Both the position numbers and the translations under genes were made by a program. Source: an uncultured Verrucomicrobiae bacterium (lineage in GTDB: Bacteria > Verrucomicrobiota > Verrucomicrobiia > Chthoniobacterales > UBA10450). From it: a DNA stretch of 64,000 nt. The stretch lies in assembly GCA_963735805.1 (NCBI GenBank), contig CAVTMK010000004.1:128001-192000 (forward strand). Reading direction: 5' to 3'. Positions 28,644-37,978 of the stretch are shown piece by piece (the stretch's first letter is position 1; each line of letters begins with the position of its first letter). The notes under the pieces were generated by a model that was not told the origin of the DNA, ran no database searches, and saw only the letters and a list, made by a program, of their open reading frames with translations.

Positions 28644-29432
28644 CTAGGACCAAACGCGTTCCCGGCCGTCGCGAGCGACGAGATGGCGCAAGAACTCTGT
28701 AGTCTCCGGCGCGATATTTTCACGCGCGCTTTCGCCCAGGAGCTCCCCACAAAGTCGATGCAGAGTCGCTCGATCATCCACGTCGAATCCGCGAGGTAAC
28801 TCGCAAACTTCGAGACCAATCTGCGCCGCGCGATGTTTTGTTTGCTCGAAAACCAGCTCCGTGCTCCAGTCGATTCCCTCGAAGACTTCCCGGTGCAACT
28901 GTTTCAAGCCGATCAAATAGTAACCACCATCATCGCAAGGGCCCAGGACAATGCGGTTGTTCGGCGATAAAAGAAGTTCCACGGCTCGGACGAAATTTTC
29001 GGAGGGAATGGTTGGGCTATCAGAATCAATCAGACAAACCGCATCGAAGCCGCATCTAAATAAGTCTTCGGCTGCGAAATAAAGACGGTCGCCGAAATCG
29101 TCGCCGCGCTGTGGCAGCAAACTGAAATCGACCGGCAAAACATCGGCATAATCTGACTCCGCCCCGACTGGCGTATAGACGGCAATCCCACATGCGATCG
29201 GTTGGTCGCGCTTGCGCGCTTTCAGGCTACGGGAGCAAGTCGAAATCGCCGCGGCCGTATCCTGCAAAAAACACCTGTTGAGTTCGGCGGCTTCCTCATT
29301 CATGAGTGGTGGAACAAGCCGTGTTTTTACCTTCCCAGCACGTGGCGCTTTAGTCATAAGGGCCAATGCACAACGACAACAGAGCGTTTCACCCGGCCTG
29401 TCTGGATCAAGAACACGATGAATCGTTTTCAT
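28644..29432 (-). CDS. TIGR04282 / DUF2064 family glycosyltransferase-like protein
   Basis: MTKAPRAGKVKTRL, QRGDDFGDRL, DSDSP, LGPCDDGGYYLIG, WST, DVDD. Confidence 0.88.
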   Translation of the reverse strand: MKTIHRVLDPDRPGETLCCRCALALMTKAPRAGKVKTRLVPPLMNEEAAELNRCFLQDTAAAISTCSRSLKARKRDQPIACGIAVYTPVGAESDYADVLPVDFSLLPQRGDDFGDRLYFAAEDLFRCGFDAVCLIDSDSPTIPSENFVRAVELLLSPNNRIVLGPCDDGGYYLIGLKQLHREVFEGIDWSTELVFEQTKHRAAQIGLEVCELPRGFDVDDRATLHRLCGELLGESARENIAPETTEFLRHLVARDGRERVWS

Positions 29433-29452
29433 TCGTCGCCCTGCCGTTTACA

Positions 29453-30166
29453 TTATCTCTTCTCGCAGAGAGCGTACTGGTAGCGTCCATCCTCCCAGGT
29501 TGTGATCTTTTTCCATGGTTGTGTTGGAAAAAGATTCGCAAACGCATTTGCGGAAAATACCATCGCTTTACGTGGTTCTCGGTAACCATTATGCGACGGA
29601 GTTAACCCCACGAGCAGCCACATCGCGAAAAGGGGGATCGATGCCCAAAAAGCATGACGCGGCTCGGCGACAAGACAGCGGCCTCCTGGCTTTAATACAC
29701 GATGCATTTCCGCAATGACGCCGGCGTGTTCCGGCAGGATAGTGAACAATCGCGAAGCCAGAACAACATCAAAGGCTGCATCGGGGCACGACAGCTCGAG
29801 AGCATTGATTCGTTTGAAGCAGCAGTTGGTCAGATGAAGAGCATCGGCTCGCCCGCTGGCCCATTGAACTTGCTTTGCCGAACGATCGACTCCTGTAATC
29901 GACATCTCCCGGAAACGCTCTCCTAACCGACACGAGTAGAACCCTGGTCCGCAGCCCAGTTCAATCAGGGTTGTGCCCGGAAGAGGACGTCCGTCTGGCC
30001 AAAGAGTCGTGACAATACGATTTGTATCATCACGGAAAAGATGTTCGCGACAGAATGCATAAACCCAAGCGGCATGCTCGAAAAGGCTGTCGCTTTTATA
30101 GGCTTGAAACTCACACTTGTTTGGAATTGCTGTTGTCTTACTAAGACGAACCTGTTCCGGTAACAT
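29453..30166 (-). CDS. Class I SAM-dependent methyltransferase
   Basis: IELGCGPG, GVDRS, FDVV, HRVLKPGG; start uncertain (ATG 30166 chosen). Confidence 0.82.
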   Translation of the reverse strand: MLPEQVRLSKTTAIPNKCEFQAYKSDSLFEHAAWVYAFCREHLFRDDTNRIVTTLWPDGRPLPGTTLIELGCGPGFYSCRLGERFREMSITGVDRSAKQVQWASGRADALHLTNCCFKRINALELSCPDAAFDVVLASRLFTILPEHAGVIAEMHRVLKPGGRCLVAEPRHAFWASIPLFAMWLLVGLTPSHNGYREPRKAMVFSANAFANLFPTQPWKKITTWEDGRYQYALCEKR

Positions 30167-30224
30167 TTTAGTGTTGTTTCCAGTAGGACAATCGGTTCTC
30201 GTTTCGGTTTTCAGTGTCAAAAAG

Positions 30225-30430
30225 TTTTCCACAGACAGTACCAATTTGAATCAAAGTTTATCCATCTGATCTTCTTCTTCTACTTAAGAATAAGTCGATC
30301 TACACACGGCTCATTTCTATTGGTGATTTAGACTCGTGATGACCTGTTGATAATGTCAATACGTGACACCGACAACTGCGGTTTTTCGAAGAAGGACGAG
30401 ACTTATTCAAAGTTATTCGAACTTATTAGC
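30225..30430. other. Candidate replication origin (oriC)
   Basis: TTTTCCACA (30225-33), TTATCCATC (30258-66), then CTT CTT CTT CTA CTT (30271-85), TTATCAACA on the minus strand (30345-53), TTATTCAAA (30403-11); AT-rich; strand switch; parS 3.5 kb away. Confidence 0.55.
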
Positions 30431-30461
30431 TTCTTAATGCTAAATGCTTTAACAAGACCAA

Positions 30462-31289
30462 ATGCTCACTAAGAAGATCTCCTTGTTAAGTGCCGTCCTT
30501 TTTCTCACGGCATTTCCGTCTGCATGGAGTAGCGACGAACCATCGCTCTGGCGAATTCAACAGATTCTTGCGCACAAACGGTTCGTCGATCTGACCCACG
30601 AGTTCGCACCAGGGATCCCGCACTGGCCGGGATTTCCCGATGAAGGACGCAAAACGATCTTCTGGTACGAAAAGCGTCCTGACGTCATGGGAACAGGTTT
30701 CTTCTCCGAACTTTATACGCTCGTTGGTCAATGGGGGACACACGTCGACCCCCCGGCGCATTTCATAAAGGGGCTTCGGACCGTAGATCAGATCGATCCG
30801 AAAGAAATGCTACTGCCTCTTGTTGTCATAGATGTCCATAACGAGGTTGCGAAGAATCCGGATTACACGTTATCGCTCGAGCGGGTAAAACACTGGGAGA
30901 AAGACAACGGGTCGATCCCGGCCGGGGCGTTTGTTGCGATGAGGACCGATTGGTCGAAGCGATGGCCCAACGCGGCAAAGTTGGAAAACAAAGACGCCAA
31001 TGGCATCGCGCATTACCCGGGATGGAGTTTGCCTGCCCTGAAGTACCTTTACGAAGAGCGCAGAATCACAGCGTCAGGTCATGAAACGACAGATACCGAT
31101 CCGGGGATCGCCGCGAGCAAAAACGATTACTCACTTGAAACGTACATTCTTAGTACAAACCATTATCAAATTGAGCTGCTTACTAATCTCGACCAGGTTC
31201 CTGAAGCGGGCGCAATTGTGGTAGTAAGTTTTCCAAAACCAAAAGACGGCTCGGGGTTTCCAGCGCGCGTGTTCGCGATTGTGCCTTGA
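30462..31289 (+). CDS. Secreted cyclase family metal-dependent hydrolase
   Basis: VDLTH, QWGTHVDPPAH, MRTDWS, QIELLTNL, GFPARVFA; signal peptide. Confidence 0.85.
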   Translation: MLTKKISLLSAVLFLTAFPSAWSSDEPSLWRIQQILAHKRFVDLTHEFAPGIPHWPGFPDEGRKTIFWYEKRPDVMGTGFFSELYTLVGQWGTHVDPPAHFIKGLRTVDQIDPKEMLLPLVVIDVHNEVAKNPDYTLSLERVKHWEKDNGSIPAGAFVAMRTDWSKRWPNAAKLENKDANGIAHYPGWSLPALKYLYEERRITASGHETTDTDPGIAASKNDYSLETYILSTNHYQIELLTNLDQVPEAGAIVVVSFPKPKDGSGFPARVFAIVP

Positions 31290-31349
31290 ATTGTGCTTTG
31301 GTCGAGTTGACCGAAAGTTGCGGCAGGAACGAAGATAGGGGCTGAGTCC

Positions 31350-32270
31350 ATGCACATTACTGACATCTTGCGGGATTCTCCGACATTTTCGTTCGAGTTC
31401 TTTCCTCCGAAAACTCCGGAGACAGCCGAGACTCTCTATCAAACGATTCGCGAGCTCGAATCGTACATGCCGCACTTTGTGAGCGTGACTTACGGCGCCG
31501 GCGGATCAACGCGTGATTTAACGCACGACCTTGTCGAGCGCATTCAACGAACAACAAAGCTCGACCCGGTCCCTCACCTTACGTGCGTCTGCCACAACGA
31601 AGAGGAAGTCGAAGCGATCCTCTGCCGATATGCCAAGTCTGCCATCGGAAACATTCTCGCGCTCGGCGGGGACAGGCCGACTGGGATTGCGTACGATAAA
31701 TCGCGGGACGCATTTCAACATGCGATCGATTTGGTCAAATTCATTCGGCGATTCAATGAGTCCGGCACGCATCCAGACCGCCGAGGTTTTGGGATCGGAG
31801 TGGCAGGATTCCCGGAAGGGCACCCTGCCACGCCAAATCGATTGTTCGAAATGGACTACTTCAAAGCGAAAGTGGACGCAGGTGCCGACTACGTAGTGAC
31901 CCAGCTATTTTTCGATAACCGCGACTTTCTCGATTTTCGCGAACGCTGTGGGCTGGCGGACATTCATATCCCCATTATTGCTGGCATCATGCCGATTACT
32001 TCTATCAGCGGATTCAAACGCATCGCCGAGCTGGCTGGCGGCGCACGCTTCCCGGCCAAGCTTCTCCGTGCTCTACAGCGTTGCCAAAACAATCCGGAGA
32101 TGGTCAGGCGCGTTGGCCTTCATTTCGCAATAGAACAATGTCACGATCTTCTGGACAATGACGTCGCCGGTATTCATTTTTATACGCTCAACCGCTCCGA
32201 CGCAACCCGGGTAATCTTTGATAGTCTTGGCATTTCGCGTCGCAGCAAGGCGGAATCCTCGACTGTCTGA
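31350..32270 (+). CDS. metF: 5,10-methylenetetrahydrofolate reductase
   Basis: SFEFFPPK, SVTYGAGG, HLTC, PEGH, TQLFFDN, HFYTLN. Confidence 0.95.
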   Translation: MHITDILRDSPTFSFEFFPPKTPETAETLYQTIRELESYMPHFVSVTYGAGGSTRDLTHDLVERIQRTTKLDPVPHLTCVCHNEEEVEAILCRYAKSAIGNILALGGDRPTGIAYDKSRDAFQHAIDLVKFIRRFNESGTHPDRRGFGIGVAGFPEGHPATPNRLFEMDYFKAKVDAGADYVVTQLFFDNRDFLDFRERCGLADIHIPIIAGIMPITSISGFKRIAELAGGARFPAKLLRALQRCQNNPEMVRRVGLHFAIEQCHDLLDNDVAGIHFYTLNRSDATRVIFDSLGISRRSKAESSTV

Positions 32271-32344
32271 TCGAGGGTATAAGTTCAGCGCGGAAGACAC
32301 AGCTTTCGATTGCGTGAGGCTAGTGACGCGAGCAGAATCTCGGG

Positions 32345-33100
32345 ATGCTGAAGGTCGGTCGTGCGATTTGGTGGCAAGTTGGAGCGCTTGTCACTGGCGT
32401 CGCAATCATAATGTTGCTTTCGCGTTACCTCCCGATCCTAAGTTTCGTCGAGGTATCGCAACAGCGGGTGATAAGCTGGGGTCCCTGGGGAGCGGTTTGC
32501 TACCCGTTGCTTTTCGCGGCTTGTAATATCGTGCTGCTTCCCGGCGGTATTCTCGCTGTCGGCGGCGGTTTCTTTTTTGGATTGTGGTGGGGATTTCTAA
32601 TTGTACTGGGGGGCAATATCGTTGCGACAGCAATCTCCTTTGCGCTAAGCCGAAAGATAGCCGGACGGTGGTTTCGAAAAAAGCTTTCAGGTAACCCGAC
32701 ACTGCGCGCTCTGGAACCCGCGGTAGAACGCGAGAGTTGGAAGATTATTCTTCTGAGTCAACTGCATCCGCTTTTCCCCACAAGTCTTCTGAATTACTTT
32801 TACGGTTTAACGCGAATCCCATTTGGCAGCTACATGCTGTGGGCGTCGATCGGCCGGGCGCCTGGCCTCTTCTTGTATGTGTACATCGGGACGTTGGGGC
32901 AATTTGCGATGCGCATTATGCAGGGGAAAAGTTATCCTCGCACGATCGAGTATTGGATATGGGGCGGTGCATTCATAACAACGGCGTTGCTCTTTGTCGT
33001 ACTTGGGCGGCTGGCATACGGGGCATTACAAACCTCGCAAAATCTACCAGGCCGCCGACAACCGAGTACTGCTAATCGGTCTGTTGATGTAATGAATTGA
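32345..33100 (+). CDS. TVP38/TMEM64 (VTT/DedA) membrane protein
   Basis: LPGGIL.VGGGFFFG, LFPTSLLNYFYGLT.I. Confidence 0.85.
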   Translation: MLKVGRAIWWQVGALVTGVAIIMLLSRYLPILSFVEVSQQRVISWGPWGAVCYPLLFAACNIVLLPGGILAVGGGFFFGLWWGFLIVLGGNIVATAISFALSRKIAGRWFRKKLSGNPTLRALEPAVERESWKIILLSQLHPLFPTSLLNYFYGLTRIPFGSYMLWASIGRAPGLFLYVYIGTLGQFAMRIMQGKSYPRTIEYWIWGGAFITTALLFVVLGRLAYGALQTSQNLPGRRQPSTANRSVDVMN

Positions 33101-33124
33101 ATAACAAGGTATTACGTTAATTAC

Positions 33125-35026
33125 ATGGCGTTTAGGCTACCTACAGAATATGAAGTGCTAATAGTCGGTAGCGGTCATGCCGGGATCGAAGCGGCGTTAG
33201 CCGCCGCACGCATCGGGTGCCGCACGTTGATGTTAACTCAAAATTTGGACACAATCGGACAAATGTCGTGTAACCCAGCGATCGGTGGCTTGGCCAAGGG
33301 GCATATCGTCCGAGAGATAGACGCGATGGGCGGCGCTATGGGTTTGAATGCCGACTCCACGGGAATTCAGTTTCGAATGCTCAACCGGGCTAAGGGGCCG
33401 TCAGTTCAAGCCCCCCGAGCGCAATGCGACAAAAAGGCTTACCAATTTCGCATGAAGGCCCTTCTGGAATCGGCGGACAATCTTGATCTCAAACAAGGGA
33501 CGGTTTCAGGTATTTTTGTTAAGGATGGCAAAATAGCGGCGGTAGAAACGGATATGGGCCTGACAATCGCTACTCGAAGTGTAGTGATTACATCAGGTAC
33601 GTTTCTGCGCGGTCTCCTGCATATAGGCGATGCTACCAAACCGGGCGGACGGATGGCCGATTCCAGTTCGAGCCTTAGCGATAACCTTCGGCAATTAGGC
33701 TTCGGGGTCGGGCGTTTCAAGACAGGCACGCCGTGTCGCTTAAATGAACGCTCGATTGACTTTTCTCAGTGTTCAATTCAGCTCGGGGATGCACCGCCTC
33801 CGACCTTCTCTTTTTGCTTGGAGGAAATTGCTAATGACGGAGCCGAGATCTTTACCCTGAACCAGATTCGCGAAGGAAAGTTCCACGTGGAACAAATGCC
33901 CTGCTGGATAACCCATACCAGCCAGCGCACCCATGAGATTATTCGCTCAAATCTTCACAGGTCTCCACTATATGCCGGCCAAATCAAGGGAACCGGTCCG
34001 CGGTATTGTCCATCTATCGAGGATAAAGTTGTAAGATTCTCAAGCAGAGAGTCCCATCAGCTGTTTCTCGAGCCCGAAGGGCGCCACACCAGAGAGTACT
34101 ACGTAAACGGTATCTCAACGAGCTTGCCGTATGACGTTCAACTGGAATTCATACATTCCATTCCCGGGCTGGAGGAAGCAGAGATAATGCGCCCGGGTTA
34201 CGCCGTGGAATACGATTATTTTCCCCCAACCCAGCTTTTTCCCACGCTTGAAACAAAGCTAATAGAAGGATTGTATTTTGCCGGTCAGGTCAATGGTACA
34301 TCGGGATATGAGGAAGCGGCCGCTCAAGGCTTGATTGCGGGAACTAATGCGGCCTTGAAAATTCAGGGTCGCTCGCCGTTCGTGTTGGAGCGAAGGGACG
34401 CATATATAGGCGTGCTCATTGATGATCTGGTCACCAAAGGTACAGACGAACCCTATCGCATGTTTACAAGCCGGGCCGAAGACCGGTTGTTTTTGCGACA
34501 TGACAATGCGGATCAGCGCCTGACTAGACGGGCGTTTGACGCGGGATTAGTCAACCCGACTCGGTGGACACGTCACAAGGAAAAGATGAAGCTCTTGGAG
34601 CGGGCCCGTTTGCTGGCCACTCAGACAAAGGTCAATGGTGTCCCAATCTCGCAATTGTTTAAACGACCAGGTTTTGCTGCGGTAAACCTGCCATCTGAAC
34701 TTCTTTCCCTGCTGCCTATCTCAATCTGGCAGTTAGTAGAAACGGATTTCAAATACGAGGGTTACGCTACACGACAATCGGACCAGAATCGGCAGCTTGA
34801 AGGCAAGCGGCAGCAGGTGATTCCAGAATGGACGGACTATGACCAAATTCCTGGGCTCCGTTCTGAAACGAGGCAAAAATTGGCGACGAATCGACCGACC
34901 TCAATAGGACAGGCTGCACAAATAAGCGGAATTACGCCATCTGATGTTGCCATAATATCTATATGGTTGTATAAGAATAGCTTATGTATAAACAATTCCA
35001 TTGGTGTAGCGGCTAATCCAGGATGA
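33125..35026 (+). CDS. mnmG: tRNA U34 carboxymethylaminomethyl modification enzyme MnmG (GidA)
   Basis: [57 protein letters not shown]. Confidence 0.97.
   Translation: MAFRLPTEYEVLIVGSGHAGIEAALAAARIGCRTLMLTQNLDTIGQMSCNPAIGGLAKGHIVREIDAMGGAMGLNADSTGIQFRMLNRAKGPSVQAPRAQCDKKAYQFRMKALLESADNLDLKQGTVSGIFVKDGKIAAVETDMGLTIATRSVVITSGTFLRGLLHIGDATKPGGRMADSSSSLSDNLRQLGFGVGRFKTGTPCRLNERSIDFSQCSIQLGDAPPPTFSFCLEEIANDGAEIFTLNQIREGKFHVEQMPCWITHTSQRTHEIIRSNLHRSPLYAGQIKGTGPRYCPSIEDKVVRFSSRESHQLFLEPEGRHTREYYVNGISTSLPYDVQLEFIHSIPGLEEAEIMRPGYAVEYDYFPPTQLFPTLETKLIEGLYFAGQVNGTSGYEEAAAQGLIAGTNAALKIQGRSPFVLERRDAYIGVLIDDLVTKGTDEPYRMFTSRAEDRLFLRHDNADQRLTRRAFDAGLVNPTRWTRHKEKMKLLERARLLATQTKVNGVPISQLFKRPGFAAVNLPSELLSLLPISIWQLVETDFKYEGYATRQSDQNRQLEGKRQQVIPEWTDYDQIPGLRSETRQKLATNRPTSIGQAAQISGITPSDVAIISIWLYKNSLCINNSIGVAANPG
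33879..33894. promoter_or_regulatory. parS centromere-like site inside mnmG
   Basis: AGTTCCACGTGGAACA, 15/16 match to the consensus palindrome TGTTCCACGTGGAACA. Confidence 0.8.
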
Positions 35027-35033
35027 TATTTCG

Positions 35034-35660
35034 ATGCTCACGCTCGCGGCCGTAGTGATCGGGAGCTATCTGTTGGGATCGATTCCGTTCGGCTATCTTG
35101 CCGGTCGAATCGCCGGGGTAGACATCCGAGAGTGCGGGAGCGGCAACGTCGGTGCGACCAATGTCTTACGCGTACTTGGAAAGAGCTTTGGTTATCCCGT
35201 GTTCGCAGCGGATTTCTTTAAAGGTTTTGCCGCGGTAAAGGTGTCGATCTTGATTGCTATGCGTATTCAGCCAGAATGGATTTCGTCAGAAACATTTGGA
35301 ATCGCCGCAGCAATTTCGAGTGTGCTGGGGCATTCTTTTCCCGTATGGTTAGGTTTCAAGGGGGGAAAGGGTGTCGCCAGTTCAGGCGGAGCGCTTTTTG
35401 CCCTGGCACCGGTCGCTGCGTTATTCGGCGCCGGTATTTGGATAGTGACGTTCTTGCTCACGCGTTATGTGTCCGTGGCCTCAGTTACAGCCGCAGCCGC
35501 ATTACCTCTAATTATTCTGATTATAACCTGGTTAAGTCAGAGTGCTGGAAAATCGTTATTCTACTTGTCGGTTTGTCTCGCAGCGGTTGTGATTTGGCGG
35601 CATCGTTCAAATCTTTTGCGGCTTATGCATGGAACGGAGCCGCGCTTTACTCGAAAGTGA
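35034..35660 (+). CDS. plsY: Glycerol-3-phosphate acyltransferase PlsY
   Basis: YLLGSIP, GSGNVGATN, GH.FP, FKGGKGVA, HRSNL.RL. Confidence 0.95.
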   Translation: MLTLAAVVIGSYLLGSIPFGYLAGRIAGVDIRECGSGNVGATNVLRVLGKSFGYPVFAADFFKGFAAVKVSILIAMRIQPEWISSETFGIAAAISSVLGHSFPVWLGFKGGKGVASSGGALFALAPVAALFGAGIWIVTFLLTRYVSVASVTAAAALPLIILIITWLSQSAGKSLFYLSVCLAAVVIWRHRSNLLRLMHGTEPRFTRK

Positions 35661-36658
35661 AAACCGGCGGAACAGCAATTCTCGGGGCGGGCAGTTGGGG
35701 AACGGCTTTGGCGTGGTTATGGGGCAAAGATGGGTGTCGGGTTTCACTCTGGGGCCACGACAGCAATCGCATCGGGCGCATGCGAGAAACACGCGAGAAT
35801 AGTGATTACCTTCCGGGACTCAAACTCCCCGGATCAGTGCGTGTTACGTCCGAGCTGAGTGATTGCGCAGGTGCGGATCTGATTGTTTTCGCAACCCCAT
35901 CAATGGCGTTGCGAGAGGTTGCAGTCAGAGTGAGAAAAGCTATCAGCAATGTTCATCCAGTGTTGCTGAGCTGCGTGAAAGGGATCGAGCACGGCACTGG
36001 GATGCGAATGAGTCAAATCCTATGCGAACTTTTCCCAGAGCAGAAGATCGCTGTCTTGTCGGGGCCGAATCTGGCAACCGAGGTCGTAAAAGACTTCCCA
36101 ACGGCGACAGTAATTGGCTCCAACGACGCTCATTGCGCGACAAGTCTGCAAGCGACTTTGGGAAGTCCACGCTTTCGCATTTACACTAGCCAGCAGGTCA
36201 CATCGATCGAACTGGGGGGCGCTTTAAAAAATGTGTTCGCCATAGCAGCGGGGATCAGCGACGGCCTTGGATTGGGCGACAATTCCAAGGCGGCGCTAGT
36301 AACGCGATCGTTGGCGGAACTGGTGCGTCTTGGCGTCGCCATGGGAGGAACAGCGCAAGCTTTCTATGGATTAAGTGGAACGGGGGATCTGATAGTAACT
36401 TGTTATAGTGAGCGCAGCCGCAATCATACAGTCGGCAAACGTCTGGGGCGAGGCGAGTCACTCGCGCAGATCACTCAATCCATGAGGATGGTAGCCGAAG
36501 GAATTCCCACAGCGCGGAGTGCCTTTGAATGCGCGCGCCAGCTGAACGTCGAGACGCCGATTATTGATCAGGTTTACGCTGTGCTGTACGAGCAGAAAAA
36601 ACCGACTGTTGCCTTGGAAGAAGTATTGGGTCGCGAGCAAAAGGCAGAACAGCTGTAG
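35657..36658 (+). CDS. gpsA: NAD(P)H-dependent glycerol-3-phosphate dehydrogenase
   Basis: GAGSWGTAL, KGIE, SGPN, GALKNV, GDL.VTC..SRN; GTGA overlap with plsY. Confidence 0.95.
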   Translation: MKTGGTAILGAGSWGTALAWLWGKDGCRVSLWGHDSNRIGRMRETRENSDYLPGLKLPGSVRVTSELSDCAGADLIVFATPSMALREVAVRVRKAISNVHPVLLSCVKGIEHGTGMRMSQILCELFPEQKIAVLSGPNLATEVVKDFPTATVIGSNDAHCATSLQATLGSPRFRIYTSQQVTSIELGGALKNVFAIAAGISDGLGLGDNSKAALVTRSLAELVRLGVAMGGTAQAFYGLSGTGDLIVTCYSERSRNHTVGKRLGRGESLAQITQSMRMVAEGIPTARSAFECARQLNVETPIIDQVYAVLYEQKKPTVALEEVLGREQKAEQL

Positions 36659-36695
36659 ACGCTCGCATGGGTCACTCCCGGCGTGATTGGAAAAA

Positions 36696-37292
36696 TTACA
36701 GAGCCGCCGCCTGGTATCTTTCGCAGAATTCCGCGATTACAGCCGGATACAACTCGCGCTCGGCAATCTGGATCCGCGCATGCAAGTTTTCGGGCGTATC
36801 TTGTGGCAAAATCCGCACTTCACGCTGAGCGATGATCTCGCCGTGATCGATTTTCTCATCCACGTAATGTACAGTGCAGCCGCTTACTTCGTCTCCCGCG
36901 GCCAGCGCTTGCTTCCACGCTTCGAGCCCTGGAAATTTAGGTAGAAGCGACGGATGGATATTGATGATACGCCGTGGGAAAGCTTTAAGCATCTGTGTGT
37001 GCAGCACGCGCATAAAGCCCGCCAGTACCACGAGATGAACGCCTGCCTCGCGTAACATATTCGCGAGCTCATTTTCCACGTCCGGATCAAGCCGCGTGCG
37101 CAATCGACCAGGAGGCAGGTAGGCGTTAGCAACCGAAAACTCCCGGGCTATATCGAGAATTGGCGCATCCAACACGTCCGAGATTACAACCCGCGCTTCC
37201 GCTGCGAGATTGCCTGAATGGATACGCTCGAGGATTGCCCGACAGTTACTTCCCTTTCCTGACCCTAGAATTCCAATTGGCAACCGTTTCAC
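36696..37292 (-). CDS. purN: Phosphoribosylglycinamide formyltransferase
   Basis: GSGKGSN, LAGFMR, NIHPSLLP, GCTVHYV..D.G. Confidence 0.95.
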   Translation of the reverse strand: MKRLPIGILGSGKGSNCRAILERIHSGNLAAEARVVISDVLDAPILDIAREFSVANAYLPPGRLRTRLDPDVENELANMLREAGVHLVVLAGFMRVLHTQMLKAFPRRIINIHPSLLPKFPGLEAWKQALAAGDEVSGCTVHYVDEKIDHGEIIAQREVRILPQDTPENLHARIQIAERELYPAVIAEFCERYQAAAL

Positions 37293-37351
37293 TTAATTTT
37301 TTCTGAGCTCTAACGATATGAACATCAAATGGGAGAGGTGCGTTACAACTT

Positions 37352-37837
37352 TCAGCTCCCGCCTTTGCATATTTGTTCAAGAAGGCGCGAAGTCGAGTAG
37401 CCTGCTTCAAATGGAATAAAGCAAATCTCGGTGCCGATGTTTTTCAAGAGCGTACGCTCTTCTTCGTTAAGGGTTTCCGAACTGTAATCCCCGCCTTTGA
37501 CATAGATCGCAGGCCGGCATGCAGCAATAAACTGCGTGGCTCGCATCTCTGGAAAAATCGTCACGAAATCTACGCACTGTAGTGCGGCAAGAATTTCTGC
37601 GCGATCGTGCTCAGCGACGATCGGACGTCCCTGTCCTTTTAATTCGCTGACTGAGCGATCGCCATTCAAGCCAACTGCGAGCAAATCACCGAGCGCACGC
37701 GCAGCTTGCAAGTAGCGGATGTGTCCGACATGCAGCAAATCAAAACAGCCATTCGTCGCGACCAGCTTTTTACCTTCGGAACGCATGCGCCCGCTGCGCT
37801 CTGAAAGTTCGCCGAGACCGATGATTTTTGGGCTCAT
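37352..37837 (-). CDS. RfaE domain II-type heptose-1-phosphate adenylyltransferase (cytidylyltransferase family)
   Basis: TNGCFDLLHVGH, GLNGDRSV.LKG.GRP, VKGGDY, YSTS. Confidence 0.9.
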   Translation of the reverse strand: MSPKIIGLGELSERSGRMRSEGKKLVATNGCFDLLHVGHIRYLQAARALGDLLAVGLNGDRSVSELKGQGRPIVAEHDRAEILAALQCVDFVTIFPEMRATQFIAACRPAIYVKGGDYSSETLNEEERTLLKNIGTEICFIPFEAGYSTSRLLEQICKGGS

Positions 37838-37978
37838 TACACGAGAACTATGCGTTAAAGGCGCGAAAACGCGCGGAAAAATTCCAATGCGAGTCGAAAC
37901 GTTTTTAATCGCGGAATCGACGTTTCGAGAGCGAAATCTGTGGTTGGCCTTTTGTCGATTTGAGCCACCTTTCGGAAA

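Noticed and set aside
31290..31349. SAM riboswitch upstream of metF
   Set aside because: Only 60 bp, with no SAM-I/II/IV consensus elements seen
34955..35000. Alternative oriC at the mnmG 3' end (TTATACATA-like boxes on the minus strand)
   Set aside because: Lies within coding sequence, has few boxes and no trio tract; weaker than the 30.2-kb candidate
35276..35656. Long N-terminal extension of the gpsA ORF
   Set aside because: Overlaps plsY in another frame; GTG at 35657 gives a normal GpsA
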